Source of the DNA: Octopus bimaculoides
Taxonomy: Eukaryota
Direction: 5' to 3'
Length of the DNA: 64,000 bases
Assembly (NCBI RefSeq): GCF_001194135.2
Contig: NC_068994.1
Coordinates: forward strand, 60,256,956 to 60,320,955
Position numbers and translations under genes: made by a program. This document shows, in pieces, positions 49,691 to 63,475 of the stretch. The notes beneath the pieces were generated by a model that was not told the DNA's origin, ran no database searches, and saw only the letters and a list, made by a program, of their open reading frames with translations. Position 1 is the first letter of the stretch. Every line of letters starts with the position of its first letter.

Positions 49691-50062
49691 GTCATCAATG
49701 TTTTCAAAGTTTCACTTGAAAAGAAAAGTGAGGGCAGAGAGGGAAGTTCTGCCCTTCAGCAATTTTGTTAAAAGGGGGGGGGGGGTGAATATCGCAAGAA
49801 TGGTCCGAGTTAATCGGCCTACTTTAAGTATGTACCTGTAGACAGAGTGGAGAGGGTGCTTGCTCTGGTGCTCACAATTATTGTGAACTTGTAGAGTTTC
49901 CACGGGCAGTCTTAGGGGTCTCCTTATTTTGGGAAGTTTTGTTGTTATAATCGATTGCTTTTTCATTGTTTACACGACTTTCATGTAACTCCACATTGTA
50001 TTTGTCCTGTGCTGTCCATAATGATTTTGGTAATGTAAACCCTTTGTGGTTAATAAAGAAAC

Positions 50063-50116
<54 letters not shown>

Positions 50117-50117
50117 C

Positions 50118-50281
50118 GGCAACTCATCCGCCTTTACGTTCTAAGTTGAAATTCCACCAAGGTCGACTTTGCGTTTCACCCTTTCGGGGTCGATAAATTA
50201 AGTACCAGTAAAACACTGGGTCAATGTAATCGATTTATCCCCTCCCCCAAAATGGCTGCCTTTGTGGCAAAATTTGAAACC
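50118..50281 (+). mobile_element. SINE family A, 5'-truncated, within (ATT)n
   Basis: Core and tail as in the 3393 copy. Confidence 0.8.
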
Positions 50282-51386
50282 ATTATTATAATTATTATTA
50301 TGATTGTTGTTGTTGTTGTTAACATAAAGGTAGGGCAACCGCACTCTATAATCATTTATGTAAATAAGCAAGACTTCACATCAAGTTTGTCTTTTGTAGA
50401 AGCACGAAACAAAAAATACACTTTATGCACAAAAAGTTAGACACTCGGGCGTCAGCTGCAACAGAAAGGAGGCTACACTCATACATATAGAGGCACAAAC
50501 GCACACACACATACACGGACATACACACATGTACACATACATACAAATACACACACATGTACTCGCGCGCACATATACAAACACACACGCATACACAAAT
50601 GCGCGCTAACACATGAACACGCACACACACACACACACACACCAAATGTAACCAGTTTACTTCTTTGAATTGTTCCTCAATGTTTTCTTTTCACTTCCGG
50701 ATCTTTTCATTGGAAGACATCTGCTTTTTAACCCCGTTTCTCTGCTTCACTGTTGATACACACACACACACTCACATATATACATACATACATATACATA
50801 CATACACACGTACGTGCACGCGCACGCACACATATACGTATATATATGTGTGGGGGGTGCGTGTGTAACGTGTGTATTTATCTCTACATACATATACATA
50901 CACACACAAATATATTTATATATATACATATATTTGACTTCTGCGTCTTATATATATATATATATATATATATATNNNNNNNNNNNNNNNNNNNNNNNNN
51001 NNNNNNNNNNNNNNNNNNNNNNNNNNNNNNNNNNNNNNNNNNNNNNNNNNNNNNNNNNNNNNNNNNNNNNNNNNNNNNNNNNNNNNNNNNNNNNNNNNNN
51101 NNNNNNNNGGAGAGAGGGAGAGAGAGACAGCTCTATAGCTATAAAGCTGTATTTATATTTCTGTAGTTTTAAAGGTCTCTTCACTTCTCTCACTCTCTCT
51201 TTCTTTTTTGCTTTTCTCTCGTTCTCTCTCTTGCTCTCTCTCTCTCCTTCTCTGTCTGTCTGTTTGTCTATGTCTCCACCCCGTCTCCCCTCCCCCTCTC
51301 TCTACATCATATATCATTCATATCTTCATCGTTAAACTTGTCCTTTGAAATAAATCATTCAACCATTTAATCAACGAATGTTCCTA

Positions 51387-51547
51387 GGCGCAGGAGTGGC
51401 TGTGTGGTAAGAAGCTTGCTTCCCAACCACATGGTTCAGGGTTCAGTCCCATTGCGTGGTACCTTGGGGAAGTGTTCTACTATAGCCTCGAGCCGACCAA
51501 AGCCTTGTGAGTGAATTTGGTAGACAGAAACTGAAAGAAGTCCGTCG

Positions 51548-51550
<3 letters not shown>
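51387..51550 (+). mobile_element. SINE family B, near full length
   Basis: ggcgcaggagtggctgtgtggtaag (A-box-like), gggttcagtccc (B-box-like), (TA)n tail. Confidence 0.88.
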
Positions 51551-51590
<40 letters not shown>

Positions 51591-52130
51591 AAAGGGCATT
51601 ACTATACATAAATGCCTCACGTTAGGAGGGATTCTTAAAGTCAAACGACTTGATAAATTCTTATAAAGATTTTATCCTATATTTAAATTTTATATATATA
51701 TTTATATATATATATATATGGCAAATGAAAGACTGAAGACGGAATATACGAAAATTTATTATTAATCTCGACAATTGTTTCGACACATCGAGCATCGACC
51801 CCTCATGTGTGGGACACTCAACAACTGGTTCAGGAGCATCCGGCGTTGCAGATGTATCTCGTCGGGTGACAAATGAATACAACTCGTTAAAATAACAGTT
51901 CCACAATGTAACTTCTCGTTACAAGAAAAGCAGCCAGACGGAGGGAATATCTTCGTTCATATAGAAGATCAAAACTAAAATCACAGATGGAAAGAAAAGA
52001 GAAAAAAACACGTAATCCAGCAAGAAAAGTATTAGAAATAACCTTTAACAAATATGGATGTATAAACGTCCTCGGGCAAGCTGCATGGCGCGAGTACACT
52101 CGCTCATACATATACGTTTGTGTGTCTGTA

Positions 52131-52325
52131 TTTGTCACCCACCATCGCTTGACAACCGATGCTGATGTGTTTACGTCCCCGTCACTTAGCGGTTCGGCAA
52201 AAGAGACCGATAGAATAAGTACTAGGCTTACAAAGAATAAGTCCTGGGGTCGATTTGTTCGACAAAAGGCGGTGCTCCAGCATGGCCGCAGTCAAATGAC
52301 ACTGAAACAAGTAAAGGAATAAAAG
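52131..52325 (+). mobile_element. SINE-like family C
   Basis: Matches 2385 and the rc of 44745. Confidence 0.82.
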
Positions 52326-52339
52326 AAGGAATCTATGCA

Positions 52340-52595
52340 AGACTTTTTTTCGAGTTTTAAATGTGACATTGTTTTTGTTATCTACACTTCAACGATGAAG
52401 CTTTGTGTCTTTGTCAGAAACCGCGTATGAAGCAGTCGAACCTAGACTTAGCGCTGTCATATTGAATAAAGGCGGGAGTATCATAACTGCGTTTCCTTTG
52501 CCATTGCACTGCAACGCTCGGACTCGAAATATAACAATATTTTGCTTTGGCAAAATTGAAAAAAGTTGGTTGCCTTAATTTTTGGACACATTATG
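52340..52595 (-). mobile_element. Possible Tc1/mariner-superfamily terminal remnant
   Basis: rc TA|cataatgtgtccaaaaattaaggcaacc is TIR-like; coding similarity weak. Confidence 0.35.
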
Positions 52596-52744
52596 TACGT
52601 ACATACATTCATGTATCCATACATACATACATACAGATCCAAGCCATCACTGGAACTGTAAAAATCTGTAAAACCTTCCAGAAGTTTATCATTCAAGTAT
52701 ATATAAACATGTATACATACATACACACATATATACATACATAC

Positions 52745-52843
52745 AAAAATACCCGGTCGATGTTGTTGAAATTCCAATGAAGGAACCTTGAATCTAGGTT
52801 AGAAACCTGCTCTTTCTCTATTGGCAAGAAATCTTGAAATAAT
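52745..52843 (+). mobile_element. About 100-bp repeat in (CATA)n, probable 3' UTR stub of the R4 lineage
   Basis: Reverse-complement similar to 61915-62023; begins after (CATA)n and ends near acatac. Confidence 0.6.
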
Positions 52844-52914
52844 GACTCACATACCAATATGCACACGCTCTCACTCACTCTCTCTCTCTCTCTCTCTCAC
52901 TCACTCTCTCTCAC

Positions 52915-52980
<66 letters not shown>

Positions 52981-53532
52981 TAGAATGCATAGTCGTGTAT
53001 GTATATCAAAAGAAATACTGGGTCTATTTGATTGTCTCCAGCCCTCGGGGCGGTGCTCAAGCATGGCCATAGTACAAAGACTGTAACCGGTAAAAGAGTA
53101 ATAGGGAATATATATATATATGCGCGCTCGTGTGTGTGTGTGTATGTGTGCATGCGAGGGGCCGTTTCTGGCTTAATATTGTCAAATTGTCACTTGTCTA
53201 GTTGCTTAGCTCCTCGGACAGTAAATATAACTGTAAATTCGTTAGTGACCTCAGAAGGTAATTCTCAGATCTTACTTCCAATCTTTGCTTACATAATCAG
53301 GAAACCAAAGTGAGTAAAGATAGAAAAGCAGCTGGCTGTATGTCTAATATTGAGATAGGAACAAACACTATGAGCTTTCATCAATAGTTGTAAACAAATA
53401 TAAACCACAATGGACAAATAACAATGCCAGCAATAAGGAAAAAATTAAAATACAGTCTGCTAAGCATTCACTCACATCTATGTGTGTGCGTTGATGCGTG
53501 TGAGTATGTGTGTATGTGTGTGTGTGTGTATA

Positions 53533-53584
<52 letters not shown>

Positions 53585-54366
53585 CATATGCAGGGAAAAT
53601 ACACGATGGAAATAAATATTGAGTTCACATGTATTTATGCTCACACATACGCGCACACACACACACACACACACACATACACGCAGACGCACACACGTAT
53701 TAATCTATGTCATATGAGTTTGTGTTTGTGTGTATATATATGTATATACACACACACATACATATATATGATATAAATGAATAAATGGTATCTATGTGTA
53801 AGTATATATACCTTTGTCAATATATATATATATTTGTGTGTGTGTGTGTATATATATATATAGATAGATATATAAATGTATATATATTTGTGTGTGTGTG
53901 TGTATATATATATATGCGCGCGCGCACACACACACACACATAAATGTATTTTTCTATATTATCAGTACCTTACACATTTACACACACTAGTATCTGTGTA
54001 CATGTGTATAGATGCATCTAAGCAGTAACATCTCCTACCAAACACATATCTCAGTCGGTGCACATCTATCCCATAATCCTCTGCGCTCTTACAGCTATTT
54101 ATACTAAACAGTCTGTTTGCACGTTTTTTAATCTCTACCAGGAATTTTCTTTCGGCAATATTAATATCTCTTTGCTGCTTCAGATTAATTTATTTCACAA
54201 TAAATAGGCTGCACCAGAAGGACGGTTTTCATATGCATATTTTTATATATACACACACAGATAGACAGGCGTATAAACGAACATGTATTACAATATACAT
54301 GCACAGGAAACGAAAACTGATGTCTGTGCATGTATGTGTATGTATACACACACACACACACACACA

Positions 54367-54415
<49 letters not shown>

Positions 54416-54571
54416 AGTGCGTAACATGTATGTATATATACACACATATACATACACATATGAAGCCACACATACGTACACACTTACATAAGTCATAAAA
54501 TACAAATGCATGCATGTAGTNNNNNNNNNNNNNNNNNNNNNNNNNNNNNNNNNNNNNNNNNNNNNNNNNNN

Positions 54572-54617
<46 letters not shown>

Positions 54618-56638
54618 ATATATATGTGTGTATATATATATATATGCATATATCTATGCGCAGTTACAAGTATAATTTTGTGTATACAGAAAAGCATATA
54701 TATATTAAAACATACATACATACATACATACATACATACATACATACATACATACATACATACATAGAGAATAACGCACATAGAGTGTTCATCCTCCAGC
54801 ACCCACCCGATTCAGATACCAAGGCAGCATCATTTCCAATGACTGGCAGAGGTCCGAAGAGGTTATAAACTGTCCCAGACAAGTCTCTATCCGTTTAGAG
54901 CGCAAAGGCATGTTGTGCTTGTAAATTTGCACACCGTTTATATTACACACACCTACATATACAAATATAAATGTGTATGTGTGTACGTGTGTGCTTGTTT
55001 GTTTGTGTGTGTGTGTATGTGTGTGTGTGTGCCCAGTGGGGTGTATCGAAGACCAATACTCGATCTCCATTCATGATTATATGTGAAGCTGTAAACTTTC
55101 CGTACAGCTCAGTCGGACGAGGGACTCCGTGGTTGGTTAATGTCAAGGATAAAGCTATCCTCAGACTAAGGGTCAGGTCTGAAGCTCCCACGGTTCATTT
55201 AGCGATATTAAATCGATCACCCAACTACAGGGCCTGCCTGTCCGATGCGCTCCCATACACTCAACCTAATTCACTCCCATTGCTTTCGAATAGTGCAAGG
55301 CAGAAAACAGCCAACGAACCGGCATTTCATTTTTTAAACGAACTTCTTCATCACACAGCCATTCATGTGAGAGGAATATTTCCAAGTTCCGGTTCCTTTG
55401 ACCAATATATTTTCTGACTTTCTCACCCATCGACCTATTGACCTTTCTGACCAATTGAAGTCCATCGTTTTTGATTTTTGTCCCCAAAACATTATTCTGT
55501 TGGGTGTGTGGCATGTGACGGCTGTTTTAAGGAGAATTTTCCATCGATTTATTTTTTGTATAAAAGACGGTTAAGATTCGTTGATATTTTGTACTTCCAT
55601 TGGTGCGATCCTTTTCGTGGACTTTGGTGTAAAAATCGTGTTTCCTCTGAAATTTATATCCCGACATTTCAGAGCAAATTATTGAGGTGTCTTAAAACCT
55701 TTTAATGATCTCGAGAGTCAAACGTGCAGCAGCCGAGGTCGGTTGTAGCCGTAACATCATCTTTGTCATTTTTCTATTGGGAGGTCATATACTTCTAAGT
55801 ACGTTCATATGTGTATGTATGTATGCATGTGTATATATATATATACACACATTCACACAAACGTACGTAGATACATATATGCATGTACATACGTACAAAC
55901 ATACATTTATAGTATGTAAGTGTATACGTGTGTGTATATACACACACACACACGACTTCCTTCGGTCCCTCTTATGGCATATAAAAAAAGACTTACCACC
56001 TCACCACCATCACCCATACCGCAGAATAAAGCCGCCTCCTTCAGCGCTGCCACAGACCCCCACCAACTCAACCACTTCTGTAACTCACTCCAGAAACCAT
56101 TTGAGAGTAAATGAATAAAAAAGAAGTGAAGTGTTTGTCAGCTGGCAGCCCGCTATTATTGGTGAAGGTTGGACTGTGTTGGGGTCGCCGCTGGCTGACT
56201 GCTGATGGCGGTCGGTCGCTGATAATGGATGACAGGCTGGATTGATCGGGAAAATTAACAACTGTGCTATTTAGTGCTATTGCGTTCGAACCAGGTAAAA
56301 CCAGAGATTTGTTTGATCATCAAACAATATGGATGAGATGTACGACGATATGAAGGGAGGAAAAGGGGAAGGGGGTTACAATGAGGGGGGGGGCGGAGAT
56401 GAGAAGCGTGGGTTGAATAATGAGGGTGGTTCTGGGAAAGGAAAGTTTAATAGGATGGAACAGATATAAGGATTATGGTGGGAGGTTGAAAATTGGTGCT
56501 AGTATACGTATGCGTGTGCATATATACGTGTGTATCTGTATAAGTACATACATATACACATACGAGTGTGTACGTTAGTGTATGCCTGTATGCGTATATA
56601 TAAATATAATATGCATGGTTGTACACACATTTCATGTG

Positions 56639-56681
<43 letters not shown>

Positions 56682-56771
56682 AAGAAAGAGAGAAAGAGAG
56701 AGAGAGAGAGAGGGGGAAAGAAAGAGAGAGAGAGAGAGAGTTCTCTGTAGCTACTGAATTTTGGGGGTATA

Positions 56772-56972
56772 CAGTAATCCCTCTCCATATCACGATTCAC
56801 CTATCGCGGTTTATCGTTTAAGCTTAGGTCGATTCTTTCATGCTGTTGTTTTGCGTTTATAATAAAATAAATATATACAAATTATAAAAATAATAACAAT
56901 AAATACAGTACAATACTGTTTCTACTTGACAGATTTTCGCCTATCGCGGGGTGGTTTTGAACACCCGCGATA
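56772..56972 (+). mobile_element. pogo/Tigger-like MITE remnant
   Basis: TA|cagtaatccctctccatatcacgattcacctatcgcgg start; truncated right end acccgcgata. Confidence 0.5.
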
Positions 56973-57156
56973 TTCGGTTTAGCCGTTTATTTCTCTCGAA
57001 TTCTTTAAATAATGGAGACACCTCTGATAAAAATCAACTAATCGAAAATCGATTATAGATGTTCCGCATTTTTCTTTCAATGTACGGAGACAAATTTGTC
57101 ATGTTTGCATTTCTACTACATGGGTTTACACACGCGCGCGCACACATATATGCAAG

Positions 57157-57257
<101 letters not shown>

Positions 57258-57379
57258 ATATTATTATTCACAAACACGTACACACAAACACACATATATA
57301 TACACATTTATACATTACACCATTGGCATGTATGTAATTATGTATGTGCGTAAGCGTGTATGTATGCATGTATGTATAC

Positions 57380-57600
57380 GAGAGATATCCCGAAAGTAGT
57401 GCAAAAGTGGGTATATCTTTTTTGAATGAACAACTTCGGCCGCCGTTCCAATTCCACGCTGACAGAGGAACTCTTCGGCCATAGAAAAGTGTTGCAACTT
57501 AACCAAGTCTTCCTCACAAGAGCTGCATTGTCGGACTGAACTTTGGAATCCTCTTTGAGGATTGAATAGTCAGGAGTCCTCTAGTGGACTCACTTCTTTA
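57380..57600 (-). mobile_element. Possible Tc1/mariner-superfamily C-terminal remnant
   Basis: rc ..gactattcaatc (DYSI, as in the SPDLNPLDYSIW motif) and a TIR-like end; heavily decayed. Confidence 0.3.
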
Positions 57601-58715
57601 CGGCCACCTTTTGCATTATTTTGGGGACAAGTCTAGTAAAGTGTGTATGCATGCACACGCACAGAGAAACAGACACAAACACACTCACATACGTATAAAG
57701 AGAGAAAGTGGGAGAGAAAGAAATGTTAGCGAAACTATTAATGCTGAGCAAAACACTGAAAGCAGGTGGTACTTAAGACCATTGTTATATTAGCGATGGA
57801 TTATGGCATAGATGCCAAAGTAGCTATGTGTATGTCTGTTTTTTTTTTATCTGTTTATGTTGGCAATTTTTCATAGTTTCTATGTGAAGCCCTATTAATG
57901 CCACTGAATGGCGCTGCTGCAATCTCCATTCTGCGTCACCATCTTTCATGATTTATGCTGTTTGTAGTGATGCAAGTCACTCTTCTCATTCAAGCAAGAC
58001 CGATTAATCGTGCAGGTGGTCCTTAACACCAATGTTATTACCTTTAATTATAATACCTACGGCCTATCTGTTTGTTGGTGACATGGACGAAGCGGACAAG
58101 TCATTTGACTATGGCCTCCTAGAATCATAAATCTCAATACCCAACTTGTGTTTTCGTTAATGCTTATGTCCGGAACACATTAGGCGTTGTTGTCTCAGTT
58201 CGTTTGGCTGCTGAGATATCGATGCAAAATGTAGCAACGTTAGGGTGAGCTTCGATTCGAAAGACGAGACTTAGCGACTCCCAACACCCCTACCATCTTC
58301 CCACCATGTTACCTAGAAAAGGTCTCTTTCTCCCCCTCTCTTTATTTCCATCACCTTCTCTTCCTTTCTCTCTTTCTTTCTCTCCCTTTCTTTCACGGAT
58401 GTTCATGTCGCTGGAGCGAACAGATTAACTGTTCCAAACATACAATGGAAAAAAGAGAGTGAACATTATAATTATGTACACACACACCCACGCCCACACA
58501 CACATACATACACAATCACATGTATATTTATGCACACATATGCATGCATATACATACATATATAAACATTCATATATATACATATACATATATACATGCA
58601 TATACAAACATATATACATACATATACAAACATATATACATATATATACATATATATACATATACATACATATACAAACATATATACGTATACAAACATA
58701 TATACATATACATAC

Positions 58716-58776
<61 letters not shown>

Positions 58777-60227
58777 CATACATACATATACACATACATA
58801 TATACATACATATAATTTCACTAATCTACTGTTCTGGACTCGTACTTTATTTATCGACCCCGATATATACATACGTACATACATATGTGCGTATGTTTAT
58901 GTGTGCGTGTGTGTGTATGCTTATGAATGTATATCTGTGCATGTGTGTATGTATGTGTATATGTGTGTGTGTGTGCGTGCGTGTATGTGTTTCCAGTCAC
59001 TCAATTCTCATTAATCTCTACTCGTCACAGCAACAATGCCCTTTGGAAATGCAAGTGACCGCCACCAGATGGTTCGAAAACTATTGTTGGAGGTTGTCTT
59101 CTACTAAACATCATCTGATCATTAGTTTGGCAGATCGAGTCTTCAACTGCCAAAACAACCAGCAAAAACAGAAGAGTAGAAAGACACAAAGGGTCACTCT
59201 CACCGTTTTCTAGACCATTGTGTTCCCCCGATGTCTGAGAGAAAGACAGCGTTGTCACCGGTGTGCAGTGGTTCTGTCATTAAAAACTAATCACTTACAG
59301 ATTTCTGCTTTTGTTTTGAAATTTAATTAACCAGGAAGGAACAATAATCTATCACGTAATGCGGGAGGCATTGACGATGAAAATCTGTAGACATCCAAAT
59401 AACCGTTGCGGTAGTAAAGGAATAAATAGCGAATGATCCATAGAAAAGAAAGCTTATTTAGAAGATAATAGTTATAATAACATACATTTTATTGTTTATC
59501 AATTCTATTTAATCATCCAGATTGCAGTCGACTTCCTGTCTGTTTTTGCTAACATCCGTGCAAAAATCATTTTGTTGCAATATCAACAAACTTGTTTTCA
59601 ACTCTAAAATAAACTTCCACCACGTCATCCTTTTGTCATTTTCTTTTCGTTGTTGCTTTTGCCGATTTCAAGAGGTTTTCCATTTGTTTCACTATATTTT
59701 CACCGCCATTTTGTGAGACTAACGAACTGGCTTCAGATTGATACAGTCGTCGGCATATTAACTGATTCTTCTATAAGCTATCATATTCCTCTGACTTGTA
59801 TAACTAAATAGGTTCTGTAGTCCTTTAGAGCCACTCTGGTTATGTATATAAGACAAGGCATAAATAATGACTGACAGAAGTAGCATTGATTTTCTAGGTC
59901 GTTTAATTTTTCTCAACCAATCAATGTGCCGATTGAGTCAATCTGTCAATAACGAACCTACGATGATTACTGGAAACAGCTGTAAGTCAAATTTGCTACA
60001 ATAAAGAAAAATATGTAATGGCCATTCAGTATGCTTTGTCTTGTATATCATGTGTAAAAGCAGAATAACTGGAGCACAAACATGGATTTACAGTATAAAA
60101 TGGTGGTGAACTAATTTAAACAATATTGTTAGCCTGTTGTACCAGCAGAAAGCTTATTAGGTATTTTGCCCGGATTGATAATCACTCACGTATAAATCGC
60201 TCTGTTTTACACACACACGCACACACG

Positions 60228-60294
<67 letters not shown>

Positions 60295-60439
60295 ATGTTT
60301 CGAGTTACGATAAGAAGCGGTGCACAGAACAACTACATACATACATACATACATACATATGCAGACCTATATATACGTATGTATGTGTGCGTATGACCGC
60401 ATCTCTCGACCTATGTGTGTGTGTGTGTGTGTGTGTGTG

Positions 60440-61555
60440 TTTATGATTTTTCTTTGAGCTTTATTTAATGTTTCTTGAGACGGTTCAACCCAGTCGCTAA
60501 CAAAGCGACAGGACAAAATTTAAGAGATTTGGAGAATCCGCGTCAGTTTTTTTTTTGTTTTGTTCTTTCTTCGTGAAACCGAGTATTTCTAGGTTTTTGT
60601 GCAAATTTCTTGGTACATAACTTAATGCACCTATGATGATAGGGACAAATGAGAATTCATAGAACTCAAAGTACAAGAGCTGTAAGTTTTGCAGTAATTC
60701 GCCACAAATGTTCTCTTTTTCCTGTGCATTCGCATCCGCTGGACAGTTGACTTCTACATCAGTGCACTTCTACAACTTGGGGCAGGTCCCTGTTCCAAGT
60801 TTGTTATATTTGCACCGAATTGATATTTTACCACCAGTATTCCTTGTTTTTAAAGTTGTGAATATTTGCTGGTCCGGAGATGCTTTGATGTACATATCGG
60901 GGCAGTCCTTCCTGCGGATAGCATTGTAAACAGTCTTTGCAACTATATTATGCCTCAGGGGCAGGAAGTGTCTCGTAGACATTTTGGGGCAGCTGTTGAT
61001 GCTGTGAGTGATATCTTCCGCACTGGTATAACAGAGCCGATATTTTTTATCGCAACATGAAGGTTTGGTGGTATCTTTGTCCCTTTCGTTTATCAGCTAC
61101 TTAGTAGCTATCTTCTGTTTCGAGATACCTTGAAGGATATTCCTTCGCTAAGTAGGTGGGATGTAATGTATCTATATAAGGTCCAGCTGACTCTACTCAT
61201 CCTATCAATGATGTATTGCGCTCTAACATACGGGATATGGACTCATATATTGCTCTTTGTTGGTACGGGCCTGTTTCTCTTCCAAGCTTCAGTTTAGGTA
61301 GGCAAGTCCAGCCTCCTTCGGGTCGCATGACAGGTGTATTCTCAAAGTACCTGTACAGTAGTTCTTCTCCTACTTTGGATGTTGCTCTCATTTTTTAGTA
61401 TGCATGGAATAGTCTCATTTCTTTCTCTACTGCTGAGCTGGTAATTTCTGAGGCTGTTTGACTGGCCTTATGCCGCTACCGTCATCAGTTTGTCTCGTGT
61501 AAGCCTTATCGGTGTCGCTGTTAATGTGGAGGTTGCCAGTGGTGGTCAACTTCTC
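60440..61555 (-). mobile_element. R4-clade RLE element, 5'-truncated ((CATA)n-associated lineage)
   Basis: TTGNLHINSDTD, QKIATK*LINERDKD..CCDKKYRLCYTSAEDITHSINSCPKMSTRHFLPLRHNIVAKTVYNAIRRKD, ELLQNLQLLY..FVPIIIGALSYV; 5' junction abuts (CATA)n at 61556-61600. Confidence 0.85.
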
Positions 61556-61629
61556 TGTATGTATGTATGTATGTATGTATGTATGTATGTACGTACGTAC
61601 GTATGGGTGTATAGAGGGATGGATGTATG

Positions 61630-61800
61630 ACTGATTTGGGTCAGAGAAAAGAAACGGTGTTCAATAACAGAAATCAGCTGCCTAGCAAATATTAACAAAG
61701 CGAAAAAGAAAATACCTACACTGGACTATTGAGAAATCGTCAGTTACTCTACGGGTTTCTACCTGTAATTATTGGGACACTGAGATATGTAACTCACTAT
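61630..61800 (+). mobile_element. R4-clade RLE C-terminal fragment, opposite orientation
   Basis: EISC..EKENTYTGLLRNRQLLY.FLPVIIGTLRYV. Confidence 0.6.
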
Positions 61801-61914
61801 GTCAGGTCTATTATGTTTACATCTTATTCCAGTTTTCCCTGGGACATTCCATCTGAACTCCTTTTTATTACGAGTGGCTATGGCCTCACCATATTGTGCG
61901 TTCTTATGTATGTC

Positions 61915-62023
61915 ATTATTCAGTTTTGTTTCAAGATTTCTTGCTAATAGAGAAAGAGCCGGTTACTAACCTGGAGCCAAGACTCCTTCATTGGAATTAC
62001 AGTTTCAGCAACAGGGTATTTTT
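61915..62023 (-). mobile_element. R4-lineage 3' UTR stub
   Basis: Similar to 52745-52843; bounded by ACAT-type repeats. Confidence 0.6.
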
Positions 62024-62049
62024 GTTTGTATGTATATATGTATATGTCT

Positions 62050-62620
62050 TCTCTATTTTTTTAATTTTTGATTATTATGAATCTTCCACTGAGGAGAGAC
62101 CCGGTTTCCAACAAAGATACAAGGCTCCATCTTTGGGGTGTAGTTAACACAGAGAAATTTTCATTTGGAACTTGAGAAAATTCTTGCATATTTTTACTGC
62201 TCCCCCCACAGATTGGACTTGTACGAATCAGCCGGCCAATTTCTCTATCTGGAAATCTCAGTTTAACCAGATTCTCCTTTAAGCATTTACTAACAAGATC
62301 TAGTGCTTCTATTATAATTGCTATGAATTTGAATTCATAGTCTGGATATAGAAGCTGGAGGTTTCGAAGCAGTTTCCATAGATATCCTCTATTTCTTTGA
62401 TTTTCATTTATTTATAGATATTTATAGATATTTATAGAGATATTTATAGCTGCGAGGCAGCTAACCTCTATGATGGTACATACTTTTGCCCCGCTTCCCA
62501 AACAACAATATCCGGCCTGTTATGTTTACATTTGACAGAGGTTTTGATGGGAACATTCCACCAGTGTTCCTTGAGTTGGTGTTTATGAATGTATTCCATA
62601 ACAGAGAGCTATTTTGAGAA
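62050..62620 (-). mobile_element. R4-clade RLE element 3' end
   Basis: Close DNA match to about 36210-36365 (tgtcaaatgtaaacataacaggccggatattgttgtttggg); LLRNLQLLYPDYEFKFIAIII...KICKNFLKF; 3' UTR then acatatacatatatacatac. Confidence 0.88.
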
Positions 62621-63439
62621 ACTGAAGTTGGTAAGCTATATCTACTTGATTGTAGGTACTGATTGAAGCCCCCAACATTGTTTGGCCTAATTTCACGACA
62701 CAGATGGACCAGCAATGATGGAAATAGTAACTGCAGTGGGCTATCGAGTTCTCAGTTTGTCAAATGTCACCATGTTATCAGCCCACTTAGCAATACAAGG
62801 AGCAAAATTAGGATCACTGCTGTTCCAAAGCCAACGTTGACCAAATAATTGGGTTTCTCCAGATACACATACCAGTGCAGTTACTGCCCTACACAAACAC
62901 TAGACTTACTTGAAGACGGTTTAACTTACCTTGTCACAAGCTCATCGTTGCGATTAAGAGAATTGTCATGAATCAGTGTCGCCTGCTAACTCCTCTTCCG
63001 CAAGTAAATCCGCAGCTGCTTATCTGGCAACGACTTATCGACAGCTAACCTTCACATCTGAACCCACGCTCCGCCATTTGTGGACACGCTCCTTTCCCAG
63101 TCCTTTCCCAGTCAGTTCCCTACAGAGATAACTATGGCAGCAGAAGGATTATATACACCGAAATATTCGTAAAATATTTAACACTGACCATCGTGTTCCT
63201 ACAACATTATTGATTCCATCAGTACTCACTCATACACACACACAAAGTCAGACGGACGTGTATTTTAGATCTGATGTGTGTTTGTATAATTCGACTAATA
63301 TTATGTAAATAGTCTGGAAATTGATGTGGTTAAGGAAAACCGGTTATCATCAATAAATTGCTAATGTGTGCTTAACAATTGGCTTCTACGATTTATATGT
63401 ATAAATGTATATTTATTCACGTACGCAAGCGCGCGCGCG

Positions 63440-63475
<36 letters not shown>

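Noticed and set aside
51387-51460. tRNA genes at SINE heads
   Set aside because: A/B-box-like motifs continue into shared SINE bodies and I could not fold a complete cloverleaf
58425-59213. ORFs rich in YI/HT/CV repeats here and throughout the window
   Set aside because: Translations of (TA)n, (CA)n and (CATA)n microsatellites
62640-62930. Unique-looking segment with short open frames
   Set aside because: No recognisable protein motif on either strand and stops in most frames
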